Positions 50,538 to 63,487 of a DNA stretch of 64,000 nt are shown here, piece after piece (position 1 is the first letter of the stretch; each line of letters begins with the position of its first letter). This DNA comes from Vicugna vicugna (Eukaryota). The position numbers were made by a program, and so were the translations under genes. The notes below the pieces were generated by a model. That model was not told where the DNA came from, made no database searches, and worked only from the letters and a program-made list of their open reading frames with translations. Where the stretch lies: contig MU057801.1 of assembly GCA_013265495.1 (NCBI GenBank), positions 248,001 through 312,000 of the forward strand, given 5' to 3'.

Positions 50538-52017
50538 CCAGTGTACACTTGCGCGGGTCCTCAGGGCGGAGCCCCTGGGATCCAGGCTTGAGACCCGGTC
50601 TTGCTGAAGGGGTCATTGCCCTGAAGTGACCTTGGTGAGCCTTTTGATTATTTAATACAACCTGTTGCTGCTTTTCCATCTTCATTCGAATACTGGTTTC
50701 TAAGCCCTTTTGAATGCCTTTAAAAACAAGCAGCAACAAACGATGGCACCCCTCCTGAGGATCCGTTATCTTGCAGCGAGCAGGATGGCTGGTGACCACC
50801 TTCGTCCCCTCCCGTCGGGGCTGGGAGCGACTCGGCTGCGCTCCCTCCCGGAGAAAGAGTCCTTTCTCAACGGCAGAAGTACAAATGCATTTTTGCATAG
50901 GGCCGTGGGGTCTCTGGAAGAAAAGTGGCTTGATTTATCTTCGTTATGATCATTACGCACCGGGGTTATTTTCTCAGTAGGCGATGTCTCTTTGCCCCTA
51001 TTTATGGAGCAGTGGAGAAGGCATTTAATGAATTTCAAGAGTGTATTTGACTGTAAAACACATCTCTCTTTAGTGCATTCACATGTAAATAGCCCTTTTA
51101 TTTGTTCTCTCTGGTGACCTTTCTTCTTTTGGGGGGTAGAGCACAGTTTGTTGTTGTTTTCCATTCCCAAATGGGAGGCTGAATGATAATCGCGAAAGAT
51201 TATGCAAAAAAATCCATGTTTAAAATAACGTTGATACGGCACTTGTGTTGCGGGATAATTATAGTAATTTGGCCATTACACTATATGGAGTCGGGAGTTA
51301 GTTGCTAGAAAACACGGTGATGGGGTGATTCAGAGGGTTTTCATCCCAACAGGCTGTTTGATCCTGCTGACTTTCCTCTTGAAAATCAATTGCTGGCGGT
51401 GAACACTCTGAATTCCCGCTTGATTAAATTGGCCGTCGGCGGGCTGTACCCATTGCGCTGGGGTCACTGTGAGTCCCGTGTCTGTTCACACAGGGTTTTT
51501 GACAACTCTTAACATATCACGGAGCCAGTGTATTCCGAGCCAGTGAAGCAACTAAGGAAGCAATTGCTAAAAATCCGCCTTTGCACGTGGCAGCTAACAA
51601 AGGAGAATGTATTAATTCTAAGCCCAGCATGAAGCCAGGTGTTTCACTGGGGGGTCGGGGGTTGCAAGCCTTTTCTCCGCTGCGTATTGCTCTGGCTCTG
51701 GGGGGTTTTCAGACTCCCAGGAATGCTTAGGCTTAGTCACAAAAGGCCTGGGACAGTCACCTTGGGAGCTCCGACTTCAGGATTACCTTTGACGGTATCC
51801 CATTTCCCCTCAAGGTTATTAATATATTCAGGTTTTCTATTTCTTTTGAATAAACTTTAGGAAATTAGATTTTTTCTAGAAAAGCATCATTTAGTATATG
51901 AAGCTCAAAAAATGGTTAGTACACAGTTGTGGATCTATGTATTTATATCTCCAGTATGTATATATGTGTCCATATACATACAGACACGTATACATACATA
52001 CCTACGTGTGTGCATAC

Positions 52018-52401
52018 TGTTAAAACGGATTAAAGAAGAAAGTTTACGTGATACGAACAAACGTTATTTAACACTTCATGAAGTGGACAGTCTCTTTTCA
52101 GAGAACTGCAGAATGGGCCAGAAGTCTGGAAGCTTTATAGGATGAGTAATAAAGAACAAGGAAGAGAAAAACAGTGTCTGATTGGCTGGGGCCACATAGT
52201 TGGGGTGAGAAGGCCCAGAGTTGCTTTGGCATCTGGGGATTGGCCGACTAGGTATATTGCATTTTTGTTCAAGTGTAGCATTTACAGGGACATGCATGAA
52301 AGTTACGTAAGGCTGGTTTTGTTGACATGGCCCCCCCTACCCCTGACCTGCCACCCCAGGCAGGAGTGACTCCATCTTGGGCCTAGAAAGTTATTTCAAC
52401 C
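52018..52401 (-). mobile_element. LTR-like element
   Basis: TG start, tttata, ctgattgg (CCAAT on - strand), actccatctt, ends tttcaacc. Confidence 0.6.
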
Positions 52402-52549
52402 ACATATATATGTTTTGTATCCAACTCCATGTGGAAAAAGACTTCTTGTCTTTTTTATTGAGTGCTGATTTCAATCTACATGAAAGGTTTTAGAGATAAG
52501 AGAAAAGTAAATCACAAAAGTAACTATACAAAAAATAGTATTCATCATA

Positions 52550-53721
52550 ATGTTATTGAATGCAAGTTTGTGTGCCCCACACACCATGAGGCCAAATAAA
52601 CCAAAATGTTGGAGTTTGGAGCAGAGAAAGGTATATTACAGGGCCAAGCAAGGAGGACTGGTAGCTCACGCTCAAAAATCCCAAATTCCTTGATGCTTTT
52701 CAGGGAGACGCTTTTATAGGCAAACTTTGGAGTGAGGGCTGCAGGGTGTGTGACTTTCTTCTGATGGGTTGGTGGTGAGGTCACAGGGCGGTGCCCCAGG
52801 ACGCTTGTGCTCAGCCTGAAGTTACCATCCTCACCTGGGCGGGGCCTTAGTTCCTGCAGAGGAACTCGAAGATATTGCTGTGTATTTCCCTTGAGGAGGA
52901 GCCAGGGTCCTGCTTTAATCACTACACGTGCTTTCTTGATTATTCCTCCTTTGTTCTGCATTCCCTTACTTCCCTGATTTTTATGGGCTGGGTAATTTCA
53001 AATGCTAACAAGTGGGAGGATTGTTCCAACTATTTTGGGAAGGGGCGGGGATTTCCCAGAGTAGGGCCACTGCCCACGGTTTGACCTTTTATGGTCAGCC
53101 TCGGAACTGTCATGGCACCCGTGGGTGTGTCATTTGTCATCCATATTTATATTTAGCATATATATAGCTAATATATTACAATGAGCGTGTAATGAAGCTC
53201 AAGGTCTACTAGAAGTCAGGTCTTCTGCCATCTTGGACTTAGTTGGTTCTAACCAGTTAACCTATCCTCAACTGCTGTGTCGTTCTTTTAATGGTGTGTC
53301 CTCCCCCTTCCCTCCTGTCTCAAAGTGAGGACTCTAGCCCGGGAGACAGCATCTCAGAGAGCTGAGGAACTGCTCTGAAGAGGCAGGGGGAAAACGCAGT
53401 GTTACGTACGACTTTTTAGTGAGGAGGGGAGTACATGCAGTCAGCGCACGTTTTGGCAGGGGCTTGCTGCCAGTCACCAGGAGCAGATGTCACCGTTAGT
53501 GATTTCAGTGCTTTTCTAGGTATGAGGAGATGCAAGAATTTGGGCTCATAAAATCTTCTCCTGAAAATGTCTGTCTGAAGGCCAGTTTTCCCAGAGCACA
53601 GAGCACCCTATTTCTGATCTCCACCCTGAATACCTTTCAGGGAGTACTGAAGGTCAGTGGCTGCAGGGGCTCATGATTTAATCTAAGCAGAGGTAGATGG
53701 CTAGAGCCAGTTTTTAGTTGC
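52550..53721 (-). mobile_element. Composite of three LTR-family segments (52550-52976, 52977-53322, 53323-53721)
   Basis: Segment 1 aligns to the 17401 LTR, segment 2 to 48141-48461, segment 3 resembles part of the 49465 LTR. Confidence 0.7.
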
Positions 53722-55269
53722 AATACTAAAAATGAACAAACAAAAAATCCAAATAAATAAATCCCCCCCCCCAAATCTCCCTCAAGCTATGGCTAATCTT
53801 GAGAGTGTTCACTGGTCAGCTATGCAGCAGGCTTTAAAAAGTTTACAGATGGTGAAGGGAAGCGGGTGCAAGATAATCTTATGTCCAAAAAATAAACACA
53901 ATGTGAACTGAAGTCTGAGTAAAATTGCCTGAGCAAATGCCACCGTGAGCCCAGTCACAGAAGTGACTCTGACACAGTATTGTATCTCCTTTCTCTGTTT
54001 TTGAAAACGTGAAGACCATCTTCACTTTACAGAAAGGTTACAGGCACTTTGTCCCTTCCTGAACCATTTGTGAATAAGGTGCTGACAAGATGCCAGGTCA
54101 CCTGTGAAAACTTCCATGTGTGTTTCCCCAGAGGGACGCTCTCCTTTACAACCTCAAACATTCCTCAGTATCAAGCAATTAGCTTGAAAATGTTCCTGCC
54201 ATCCAATCTGCAGTCCCAGACCCATTCAGGTTTCTCCATTTGTCCCAATAATGTCCGTCGTAGCAAAAGTGTCCAGTCCAGAGTGACAAAGTGCATTCAG
54301 TGGCCATATTATCTTTCCTTTTGGACCAGTTTCTCAGTCTTCCCTCAACTCCGATGACCCGAACACTTCTGAAGACGACAGGCTGCTGGTCTGTAGAGTG
54401 TGCTTGTGTGTGCTAGATGTCTTCTCATGACGACTTTCACGGTAGGCACATCTGGCAGGACCGTCCGGGAGGGGCAGGGTTCTGCTGTTGCACGTCTTCA
54501 GTCTGTCCCACTGCTGATCATGTGTGTCACTCGGATCCCTTGACAAAAGTGACTCTTGTAGGTGCAAAGTGAAAATGATCTGAGCTTACTCCGGCCTGTG
54601 CAGAGATCTGTGTAAAAACTCCTTTATTACTCACCTCTCTCGGCTCCACCTTGACTCTCACTTGGAATCAGCTACTTCAGGTGGGTGATCCTATTCAAAG
54701 CCCCCCCGGGAGATTCAGCCTGGCTCCCCAGCTTCCCGCACAGGTACTTGCTGCTGCTGCTGCTGCCTCCGTGGTTTAGTGATGCTCTTGGTTTCTCAGT
54801 GAGTCAGCTGAGCCTGATCCAGCTGCAGCCTCTGGTTTTCGCTACACAGTTCATTTCAAGGAAGCGGTTCCAGAGTCTCTTTGCGACCAAAACTAACTTC
54901 AGCTCTACTGCAGCCTCTAAGTAGGAGGCCTGCAAACTGCAAGGATCCAGCTTCCAAGGGCCCAGAGTGGGGCTCTGCCCACAACTTCTGCTCTCGTATC
55001 TCTGGTTACATCTTTCTTCTCCCTAAACTTGTCTTTACCTTTTACCCTCTTTAAAAACAATTAGATTCTTTTGTTTGGCCCTTTTAAACAGCTAGCTCTT
55101 AGACTTGTCAAGTCTGTGGGTTTCTTTCTTTCTGAACTTATTGATATCTGCTTTCATTCCTGTGATCTCCATTCCCTTAATTTTTTTTTTTTGGCTTGGC
55201 TTTGTTTTTCCTCTTCTAGTTGCTTGATTAATTTATTTTCATTTTTTTTCTTGTTTGATGTAAAAGCAT

Positions 55270-57600
55270 TTGTTGGGAAGAAAAACTTTTCCTCTACCAA
55301 CTCTGGTCCTAGTGGTCAGGGACTTGCAGAGTAACTGACAAGAGACAGATTAGCAGGAGCAAAGTTAATTACACAGGCAGGCGCGCCCTGTAGTGGGAGC
55401 AACCCACTGACAGTCGGGAGTAAAGGCGTATATACCAACGTGACCAAGGAGGAGTCTTGTTAGGGCTTCAATGAAAAATATGGATTTTTTTTTAATGCTG
55501 ATGGGATTGTGCCATGAAACCATTGAACTTGCCTTGGGTAAATTCATCCTGGAAATGTGTACTATATGGTTGAGGTCATTAACGGTGACCATATCCACTT
55601 TCCCAGAGTTAAAAGGAGCTCTGGTGACCAGGTGCCCAATGTGGCCAAATCTGTTTTCTCTCACCTTCACCACTGTCTCAGCAACCCACTGGCACTGCAC
55701 AAGAAAATGCAGCTGTCTGTCAACTGGGGAGGAACAGAAAGCCTGCTTTGCTGGAATTTTATGAGGAAGCTTAAATTGGACTCTTAAAAGCTTCTCAAGG
55801 CTAGAACGCCAAGCCAAGAACTCACCACCAGATTTCACTTGAAGTACCTACAGATTTGGGTGAATTTCTCTCTTCTCAAGATCCCTCCGATATCCTCCTT
55901 TACTCACTTGTAATGTGGGGAGACCTGTAAGCCAGGCATCAGATACCCAGGAGAGGTTTGTAAGCATTAGCTCCATAAAATCAGCCCATTTCCTTAAACC
56001 TGTCTTGTCATATGAGATTCTATGCACATCATTCTCAAATATGACATTTTAATCAAAGCCTTGGTCATATAACCAATGTTTCCAGTTATGTCCTGTTACA
56101 CGGTGAACAGATTCTTATCAAACCTATGAAAACAATTATATAAATGTCATGAAAATGAGAATACTCAGTGAGAGTTTCAGAATTCTGGAGGCATCAGGCA
56201 GGGAGAAAAATATAAATATTTTATTTCTGTTTACAAAAGTATAATTTACTAAGTTGTCATTAGTTTAAAATAGCTTAAGAGAAAAAAAGAAAGCGGTTCC
56301 TTAAATCCAGGAGCAAAATTTTAAACAAAAGACGTAATTATCCTTCATCAGTTCATTTAGTACCATGTAATTCATTCTTGTTCTGCTCGGTTTTGAGTCT
56401 AGTTTCATGGACCCATCGGCTCCGTGAGAGTTTGTGAATCCTTACTTAGTGCAGCGATAAGATCACAGGGTCGTTTAAACAGCGCCGCCAGTGCCGGCAC
56501 TCCAGAATGCCTGGCATGGTCCCTTCTCCACAGGTCTCTGAGACAGTTTGTTTTGTAAAAAAGAATGAAATAATGCCACTTGCAGCAACATGGATGGACC
56601 TAGAGATGATCATACTAAGTGAAGTCAGACAGAGAAAGACAAATATTATATATCACTTATATGTGGAATCTAAAAAAAGATACAAATTTTATTTACAAAC
56701 CAGAAATAGACGGACATAGAAAACAAACTACAGTTACCAAAGGGGAAAGGGAGGGGGAGGGATAAATTAGGAGTTTGGGATTTGCAGACACACACTACTG
56801 TATATGAATAGGTAAACGACAAGGGCGTACTGTGTAGCACAGGGAACTATATTAAATTCCTTGTAGTAAGTTATAACGGAAAAGAATCTGATAATATAAA
56901 TATATATGTTAAAAAAAGAATAGATTAATAATCCAAGAAAACCTTGTTGTTTTAACAGAGGGAAGGCCAAACCCTAGCTTTACATTCAAACATTGTTACT
57001 GAAGCTCACTTAAAAAAGAAAGCGTATAAATAAACCCATCCAATCTCAGCCAGCTTTGACCAGCCACTCAATGTGAAATTTCTTTCCGTAAACCTTCTAC
57101 ACCTTTCCGTATCATTCAGATTTTATCTGCTCCTTCCCTTTCTCATTCTGGAACAGCCAGTCGATCTCTTTCTTTTCCACCTTAACAGGAACACATCCTG
57201 CACTCTCCGCCTGTCATTCATACAAAGTCATTTCCCTTCTAGTGATTTCATTTATATATGTTGATTATAATCTTTATCAATTATGACCTTCATTTTACAG
57301 AGAAACTGAGGAAGTGGGCAATTGTGGATTGTCTGTCATATACCACCATTTTCTAGCAGACCAGCAAATTTTACGAATTTCATAATTTTTAGAGATATAT
57401 GCTTGTTTACAGCAGAATTTTTTGATGTGGCAAATCCAAATATCTTCACTGACAGATCCAAAAACTTTAGTCTCTCTGTAAAAATAAGAAGTCAAAAGTA
57501 TAGAAACTTAAACTTCATAATGAATGTTTTAATATTTTATCTTCTTTAGAAATGATTTAGATGTTTGCTGAATATTTATTACTTAGCATAACTTGGGCAT
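55270..57600 (-). mobile_element. ERV1 LTR fragment plus degenerate non-coding internal remnants, interrupted by an L1 3' fragment (+, ~56557-56920)
   Basis: LTR-like start tgttgggaagaaaaacttttcctctacc; MER-int-like accaatgtttccagttatgtcctgttac...aacagattcttatc; L1 piece encodes KKNEIMPLAATWMDLE. Confidence 0.6.
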
Positions 57601-57659
57601 AGACAGTCTTGGTACAGGGTACTAAAGAATGGCTCCTTTGCTCAGCTTCGCCACCTCAT

Positions 57660-60600
57660 ACTGGTTTGCCTTTCATGTTTAGATCTACCATCCACATGGA
57701 GTTGATTTTCACGTGTGCTGTGTTAGAGGAATCATTCCATTAAAAAAATAAACGGACATCCAATTGCCCATGCACCATGCATTGGAAAGGTCATCCTTTC
57801 CCCCACTGTAGGCCACCTTTGCATAAATCAATTGTCCATACTGTATTTGTGGGTTGATTTGGGGGGTTTTCATTCTATTTGTCATTTTCATCCTGCCTTA
57901 ATCACCATAGCTTTATGTTAAATCTTGATATCTCCTAGAGCAAGTCTCTCTACCTTATTCTTAAAAATGGGCTTTTTAATTCTTAGTTATCTGATTTCCC
58001 AAATAAACTTGGAGAGTTAACTCAAAATAATAATAACTTTCGAGATCTTGAGTGAAATTGCTTTGAATCTATACGTCATTTTGGAGGGAACTGACGTCTT
58101 TACGATACGTTAAGACTTTTAATCTATGAATGTGGTATATTCCTCAATTTATTTATGTCATTTTAAATTTCGTTTCACAATGTTCTATAGTTTTTGCATA
58201 GAGGCTTTTCACATCTGTTGTTAGATTTGCTCCTAGGTATTTGATATTTTCACACTTTTGGACATTATATATTTTAACAAATCTTTGTTTTCAAATTGTT
58301 GCTGTTACGCGGAAATGCAGTTGGTGTTTGGATAATGACTGTATAGCCAACAATCTTGCTACACTGATTTATTAATTCTATGAATTCATTTGTAGATTCT
58401 TCTGAATTTTCTTTGCTTAATATAAGTTTTTATTTTTTACTTTCAAAGTCTTATTCTTTTATTTCTTTTCTATGCACCGGCCAATACCTCAAGTAGAAGC
58501 AGTGTTAGCAGGCATCCTTGTGTTTTTTTCTCAATATTAAATGGAAAGCTCTCAATATATCACCATTACAGATGGCTTTGTGAATCCTCATTAGCAGAAT
58601 AAGGAAGTTTCTGTATTTCCAGCTTGCCAAGAGATTTATCAGAAATAGTTGTGCTTTTGTAAAATTGAATTTTATGAAATGCTTTTTTCCTGTACTTACT
58701 GAGATGATTGTATTCTTCTCCATTATTCTGTTAATGGGGTGAATTATATTGATTGATTTTTGTATGTTAAGTATTTTGTTAATAATAGAGATGTATTATT
58801 CTTTTTATGCAATCCTGGATTTTTTTTTTCCCGCTAGCGTTTTGTTGAGGATCTTTGCAGCTATGTTCATGAGTGAGACTGGACTTTAATTTTCACTTCT
58901 GGAAATGTCCTTGCCAAGCTCTGGAAATGAGGTTTTGCAGCCTCATAAAAAAATCTGAGGAGTATTCTGTCTTCTATTTTTGGAAGCTTATGCAAGGTTA
59001 GAAATAATTATTCTTGAAGTATTTTGTAGAATTTGCCAGTGAAGCCATCTGAACCCAGTGCACTTCGAGGGGGAAATTTTTAATTGCAGTTTCAGTTTTT
59101 GAATTGTTATGTAACTGTTTTCCTTTGACCTGTTTGGTAGTTTGTACATTTCCTTTACATTTAAAATGTATCAGGATAAAGCTGACGCCGTGTTTCCTTT
59201 GCTTTGACTGTACCGGGAGCATCCACGCGCTGCGCGGTGACGGCGCTGTCTCGCGGTTCCTGACGCCGACTGTTCGGGTTCTCTTGCTCAGTGTTGCCAG
59301 AGGGACACCAGTTTCATTAGCCTTCCCAGAGGACCGACTTTCGGTTGCGTGATCCTCCCTATTTTATGTTTACTACCTATTTTATTTCTACTCTTTTCTT
59401 TATTATTTCCTCCTTTTCATTTTTGGGCTTAATTTGATGTTTGTTTTCCTATATCTTTAAGTGGATTTTTAAACCCATTGATTTTCAGTTTTTCTTCTTT
59501 GCTAATATGAGTGTTTAAATCATAAGTAATCCTCTATGCTTGGATTTAGCTGCAACTTGCAAAGTTTGTTTTGAAATGTTTTCATTGTCAATATTTTTGA
59601 AATTTCATTTTACTTATTACCCTTTGACCCATAAGTTATTTAAAAGGATATTTATTTCCAAACATATAGGAATAACCTAGTTATATATTTTTTAATTTTA
59701 TTATTTTTTATTTATAAATATTATTTTACTTATTTTGGGAATCATAATCTATGTACTAAATATAGACGTTTACACAGTAAACAGGCTTTCCTCCCACCCA
59801 GTTCTCTTCCCAGAGGTACGCATTAATTGTCAGTTTCTTGTCTGTCACTCCAGAGTGATCTACCCATAGGCAAGCACTCATGTCTGTATGTTCTTTTTAG
59901 AAACACAGATAATAGTATTTTATACACACCATTCTGCATCTTGCTCTTTTCCACTTAACGTGTATCTTTGCAGTCTTTTCAGGTCAGAACATGTAAAGCT
60001 GCCTCAGTCTTTGTTTTATTTTGCTTCTAAAACGAGGAGAGGAATGGTTTTCTAAACAACATTTCCACCTCTGTTGTCAGTGACTCCCTTTCCATCATTA
60101 AAAACAAAAGCGAAAATGGACCCCCTGCAGCCAGCGTGCACATGCGAGGAAGCAGACCTTCTCTTCCTGGAGCTTCTCCTCAGTCCTTTCGAGGCCATTT
60201 CATGGGACTTGAAGGGGGCGACGCTGCTGGCTTCACACGGGTCCAAGAGGTTGCAGCTGTCGTCCCACACGACCAGCTCCGACCCCAGCTCTCTTCCTGT
60301 TGTGGTTCCGTCTTTATGTTTCCAGGTGAAGCAGATCTTTCTTGCCAGGCTCGTCTCTTTTCTTGATGGCTGTTCAGCAGTCGGTTGTGGTTTTGTTGTG
60401 GTTGCAAGGAGAGGTGAGTTCGTGGTCTTACTACTCTGCCATCTAGACCGGAAATCTAAAATTTTATTTTATTATGGTAAGAACACTTAACGTGAGAATT
60501 GCTTTCCTAAATTTTTTTTAATTGAAGTATTGTCAGTTTACAATACTGTGTCAATATCTGGTGTACAGCATCATGTTTCAGTCATACACATACACACATA

Positions 60601-61860
60601 TATTCCTTTTCATATTCTTTTTCATTATAGGCTGCGCTTTCTTAAATCTTTCAGTGTTCACTGGAGTTTGTTAACTACTGGAAGAGCGCTGTACAGCAGA
60701 TCTCTGGGACTTATTCCTCTTGTGTTACTGAAACTTTTGATGCCTTATAAAGGTTTATACCTTTTGAGTAGGATGTCCCCATTCTCTCCATGTAACCCTG
60801 GGCAACTACCATTTTACTCTCTGCTTCTGTGAGTTTGAATAGTTTAGATACAACATATAAGTGAAATCATGTATTATTTGTCCTTCTGTGAATGGTTTAT
60901 TTCCCTTGGCATGATATGTTCAAGGTTTATGCTTATTGTCACATATTGCTGGACTTCCTTCTTTTTAAGGTTGAGTAATATTCCATTGTTTGCATATTCC
61001 ACATTTGCTCTCTCCATTTGGGTGTTTGAGGTATCTTTTTATCGGTAGGTTTTAGCTTAATTGCACTGAAGCTGGAGCTCCTACCCTGAGTGATTTTAAT
61101 CCTTTAAATGTTGTTGAATATGTGGTCAATTTTGGTAAATATTCCTTGAGTCCATGAAAAGAGCTTATATCCAGTAGTTGTTAGGTACAGTGTTCTAGGT
61201 GAATCAGTCACATTAGATAATATTGTCAGAATCTTATTGACCTCATCAATTGATCAATTTATGAGAGGTGTGTTAAAATCTCCTGCTTTAAAAAAAAAAT
61301 CTGCTTTGACTGTGGCTGTCCCAATTTCTTCTCATAGGTTTTCATTTTTTCATTGTGTATTTTCAGTGTGTTTTCAGGTGCGTAAGTTTTGTCATTATGT
61401 CTTCCTTGAACTTAAAAAAAATCAGTTATGAAGTGTCCTTCTCTATCTCTAGTGACCTTTTCCTGCCTGAAAGTTTACCTTTCCTGATTTTAATGTGTCC
61501 ACATCTGCTTTCTTTGGTTCATATTTACACACACATCATTTTCCGCCCTTTTACCTTCATCCTTCCTACTTCCTTACGTGTTAGATGTGTCTCTTGTAAA
61601 CAGCGAAGAGTTTGGCTGTTGCCTTTATCTACTGTGACAACTGTTGTCTTTTAATTACAGTATTTAGTTCATTTACATTTAATGTTCTCGTGGGTTTATA
61701 TCTACCATCTAACTGTACAGATGTCCCCTACATTTCTATGTTTTATTCTTGGTATTTTTCATTTGTTTCTTTTTCTTTCTTGATCCCACCAGTGTCTTGA
61801 TCCCACAATTTCATTAGTGTTTTTTCAGAGAACCAGCTTCAGGATTTGGTTGATTCTGTT
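57660..61860 (-). mobile_element. Fragmented ancient L1 ORF2 remnant with younger L1 pieces nested (~60120-60456, ~60457-61020, 60513-60635)
   Basis: T-rich L1 antisense pattern (tagaatttgccagtgaagccatctg etc.); inner 3' end has TSD gctttc(c/t)taaat at 60501-60512 and 60636-60647. Confidence 0.75.
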
Positions 61861-61884
61861 ACATTTTGTGACTGCATCGAAAAT

Positions 61885-62270
61885 CCGTTGCCTCGATAAT
61901 GCTGCTAACAAACACCTGCCAAACCGCAGTGGCATCCCGCAGTGAGCACGTTCTGCTGCTGCAGCTGATCAGCTCGGCAGCTCTGCTGGTCTTGGCCGGT
62001 CTTCTCCCGTGTCTTCGGGTTGGCTGCCTGTTGGCGGATCGGGGCTAGCCTTGGCTCTGCTGCATGTGCCTCTCATCCTGCAGCAGGCTAGACGGACATG
62101 TCCTCAAGGGGATGGCAACCGTGCAAGAGACCCAGTGGAAATACACAAGGCCCCTTGCGGTCTAGGCCTCGGACTAACATACGTCACTCAACACATGCCA
62201 CGTAACACGAAACAGGTCCCAGGCTGAGCCTAGGAGCAGAGTGAGGGGACCCTACATGGAAAAGGGCCTA
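61885..62270 (-). mobile_element. Old MLT1-type LTR remnant
   Basis: ataatgctgctaacaaacacc...cagtggc...ggctagccttggct...ctcatcctgcagcaggctag. Confidence 0.55.
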
Positions 62271-62759
62271 AAAGGGGAGAAGGTGAAAAATCAGCATTAT
62301 GATTACAACTCATGTTCACAAAACAGAATAAAGCTGGTGGTTTTGCCATGGCCTTTTTTCTCTCATCCTAAGGAGACACAAACTCCAGGTTAACCTGCTG
62401 GAAGCTGAAACCTCTAGTCTCATCTCAAGACAGTGGCCTGAAGATCACCAGTGCTTTGAGCTCAGGTTCAACATACTGCATGCTTTGGGGTCGACACTGC
62501 AGTTCGGCTGGGAGGAGTTTCCTTGAAAACTATGAAGACGCTCTCTGTCTTCCTTTCATGCGCGGCCTGCCGAGTGTTTTCCTGTGTATCTGTGTGGACT
62601 TTGTTATCAGCCCCTTGCTGTTCAGTTAGCCAATGCTGAGCCCACACAGTGGCCGTCAGGACCCTGCTCTAGTATGTGACAAGCCTTGAATGGTCCAATG
62701 GCAGGATAAACATGCAGGACAAATGAAGTTACAATCAGAAAATTGTTTTGAAGGATAGA

Positions 62760-63445
62760 AAATTGTGGTGGGACCACAGCAGAGTTACACACAAGTCATC
62801 TTGGGAGCATCCATACAGGCTTCATAGCTTTTGGGTTAAAACTTTAAAAACAAATTGGAGCTTTCTAGGTGAATGAGCAGAAAGATTTTCCTGGCAGTGG
62901 GAAGGAAACATGCTTGTGCACAGTCGGGAGGCGTTAGAGCTCGGGCTTGCTGGGGAGAGCACAGGTCAGTGATGCTGGGGCAGGAAGTGAGGGTGTGGCA
63001 GGAGACTCGAAGGGGGACGGGAGGTGGAGGAGCGGCGACGAGGGCTTGGTGCCTCTCAGGAGAGCGCAGGGCCTGCTTAACGACAGCCTGTCTGCTGGGG
63101 AATTGCTGGGACTCTTTAGCTAGACAGGGTACATGGTCAACCTCCAGTTCCTGGGAAGGCTTTCCAAGAGCCACTGGCGTGCGCAGGGAAGAGACGAGGA
63201 GGAGCTGAACTAGAATGGTGTTTATGGATGAACCTGGGGGAGTCTGGAGAATTAATGGAACTTGATGTTTTACTGCGTATGGGGAAGGAGGGTTGTGGGC
63301 AAGGGAAGCATCAAGGGTGGCTTCAGGAACTGGGTTGCTGATGGACCTGTTTTGTGAGATGGGACTAGTAAGAGCGAGTGACTTGTTTGATGGGGGTGTT
63401 GGGATTTTTGATTGGGACAAGCTGAGTATGAGCTTCTTAGGAAGC
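62760..63445 (-). mobile_element. L2 remnant
   Basis: Purine-rich; gggaagcatcaagggtggcttcagg...gagatgggactagt...ttgggacaagctgagt. Confidence 0.55.
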
Positions 63446-63487
63446 ACTCGGGTGGATACACAGCACTCGGCCAGCAGCAGGTGCCTA

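Noticed and set aside
57636..57670. Faint resemblance to the U6 snRNA 5' end (gctcagcttcgccacctcatact)
   Set aside because: Under 30 nt with several mismatches; no tail or TSD.
62836..63447. 203-aa minus-strand ORF
   Set aside because: Overlies an L2 remnant; no protein family recognised.
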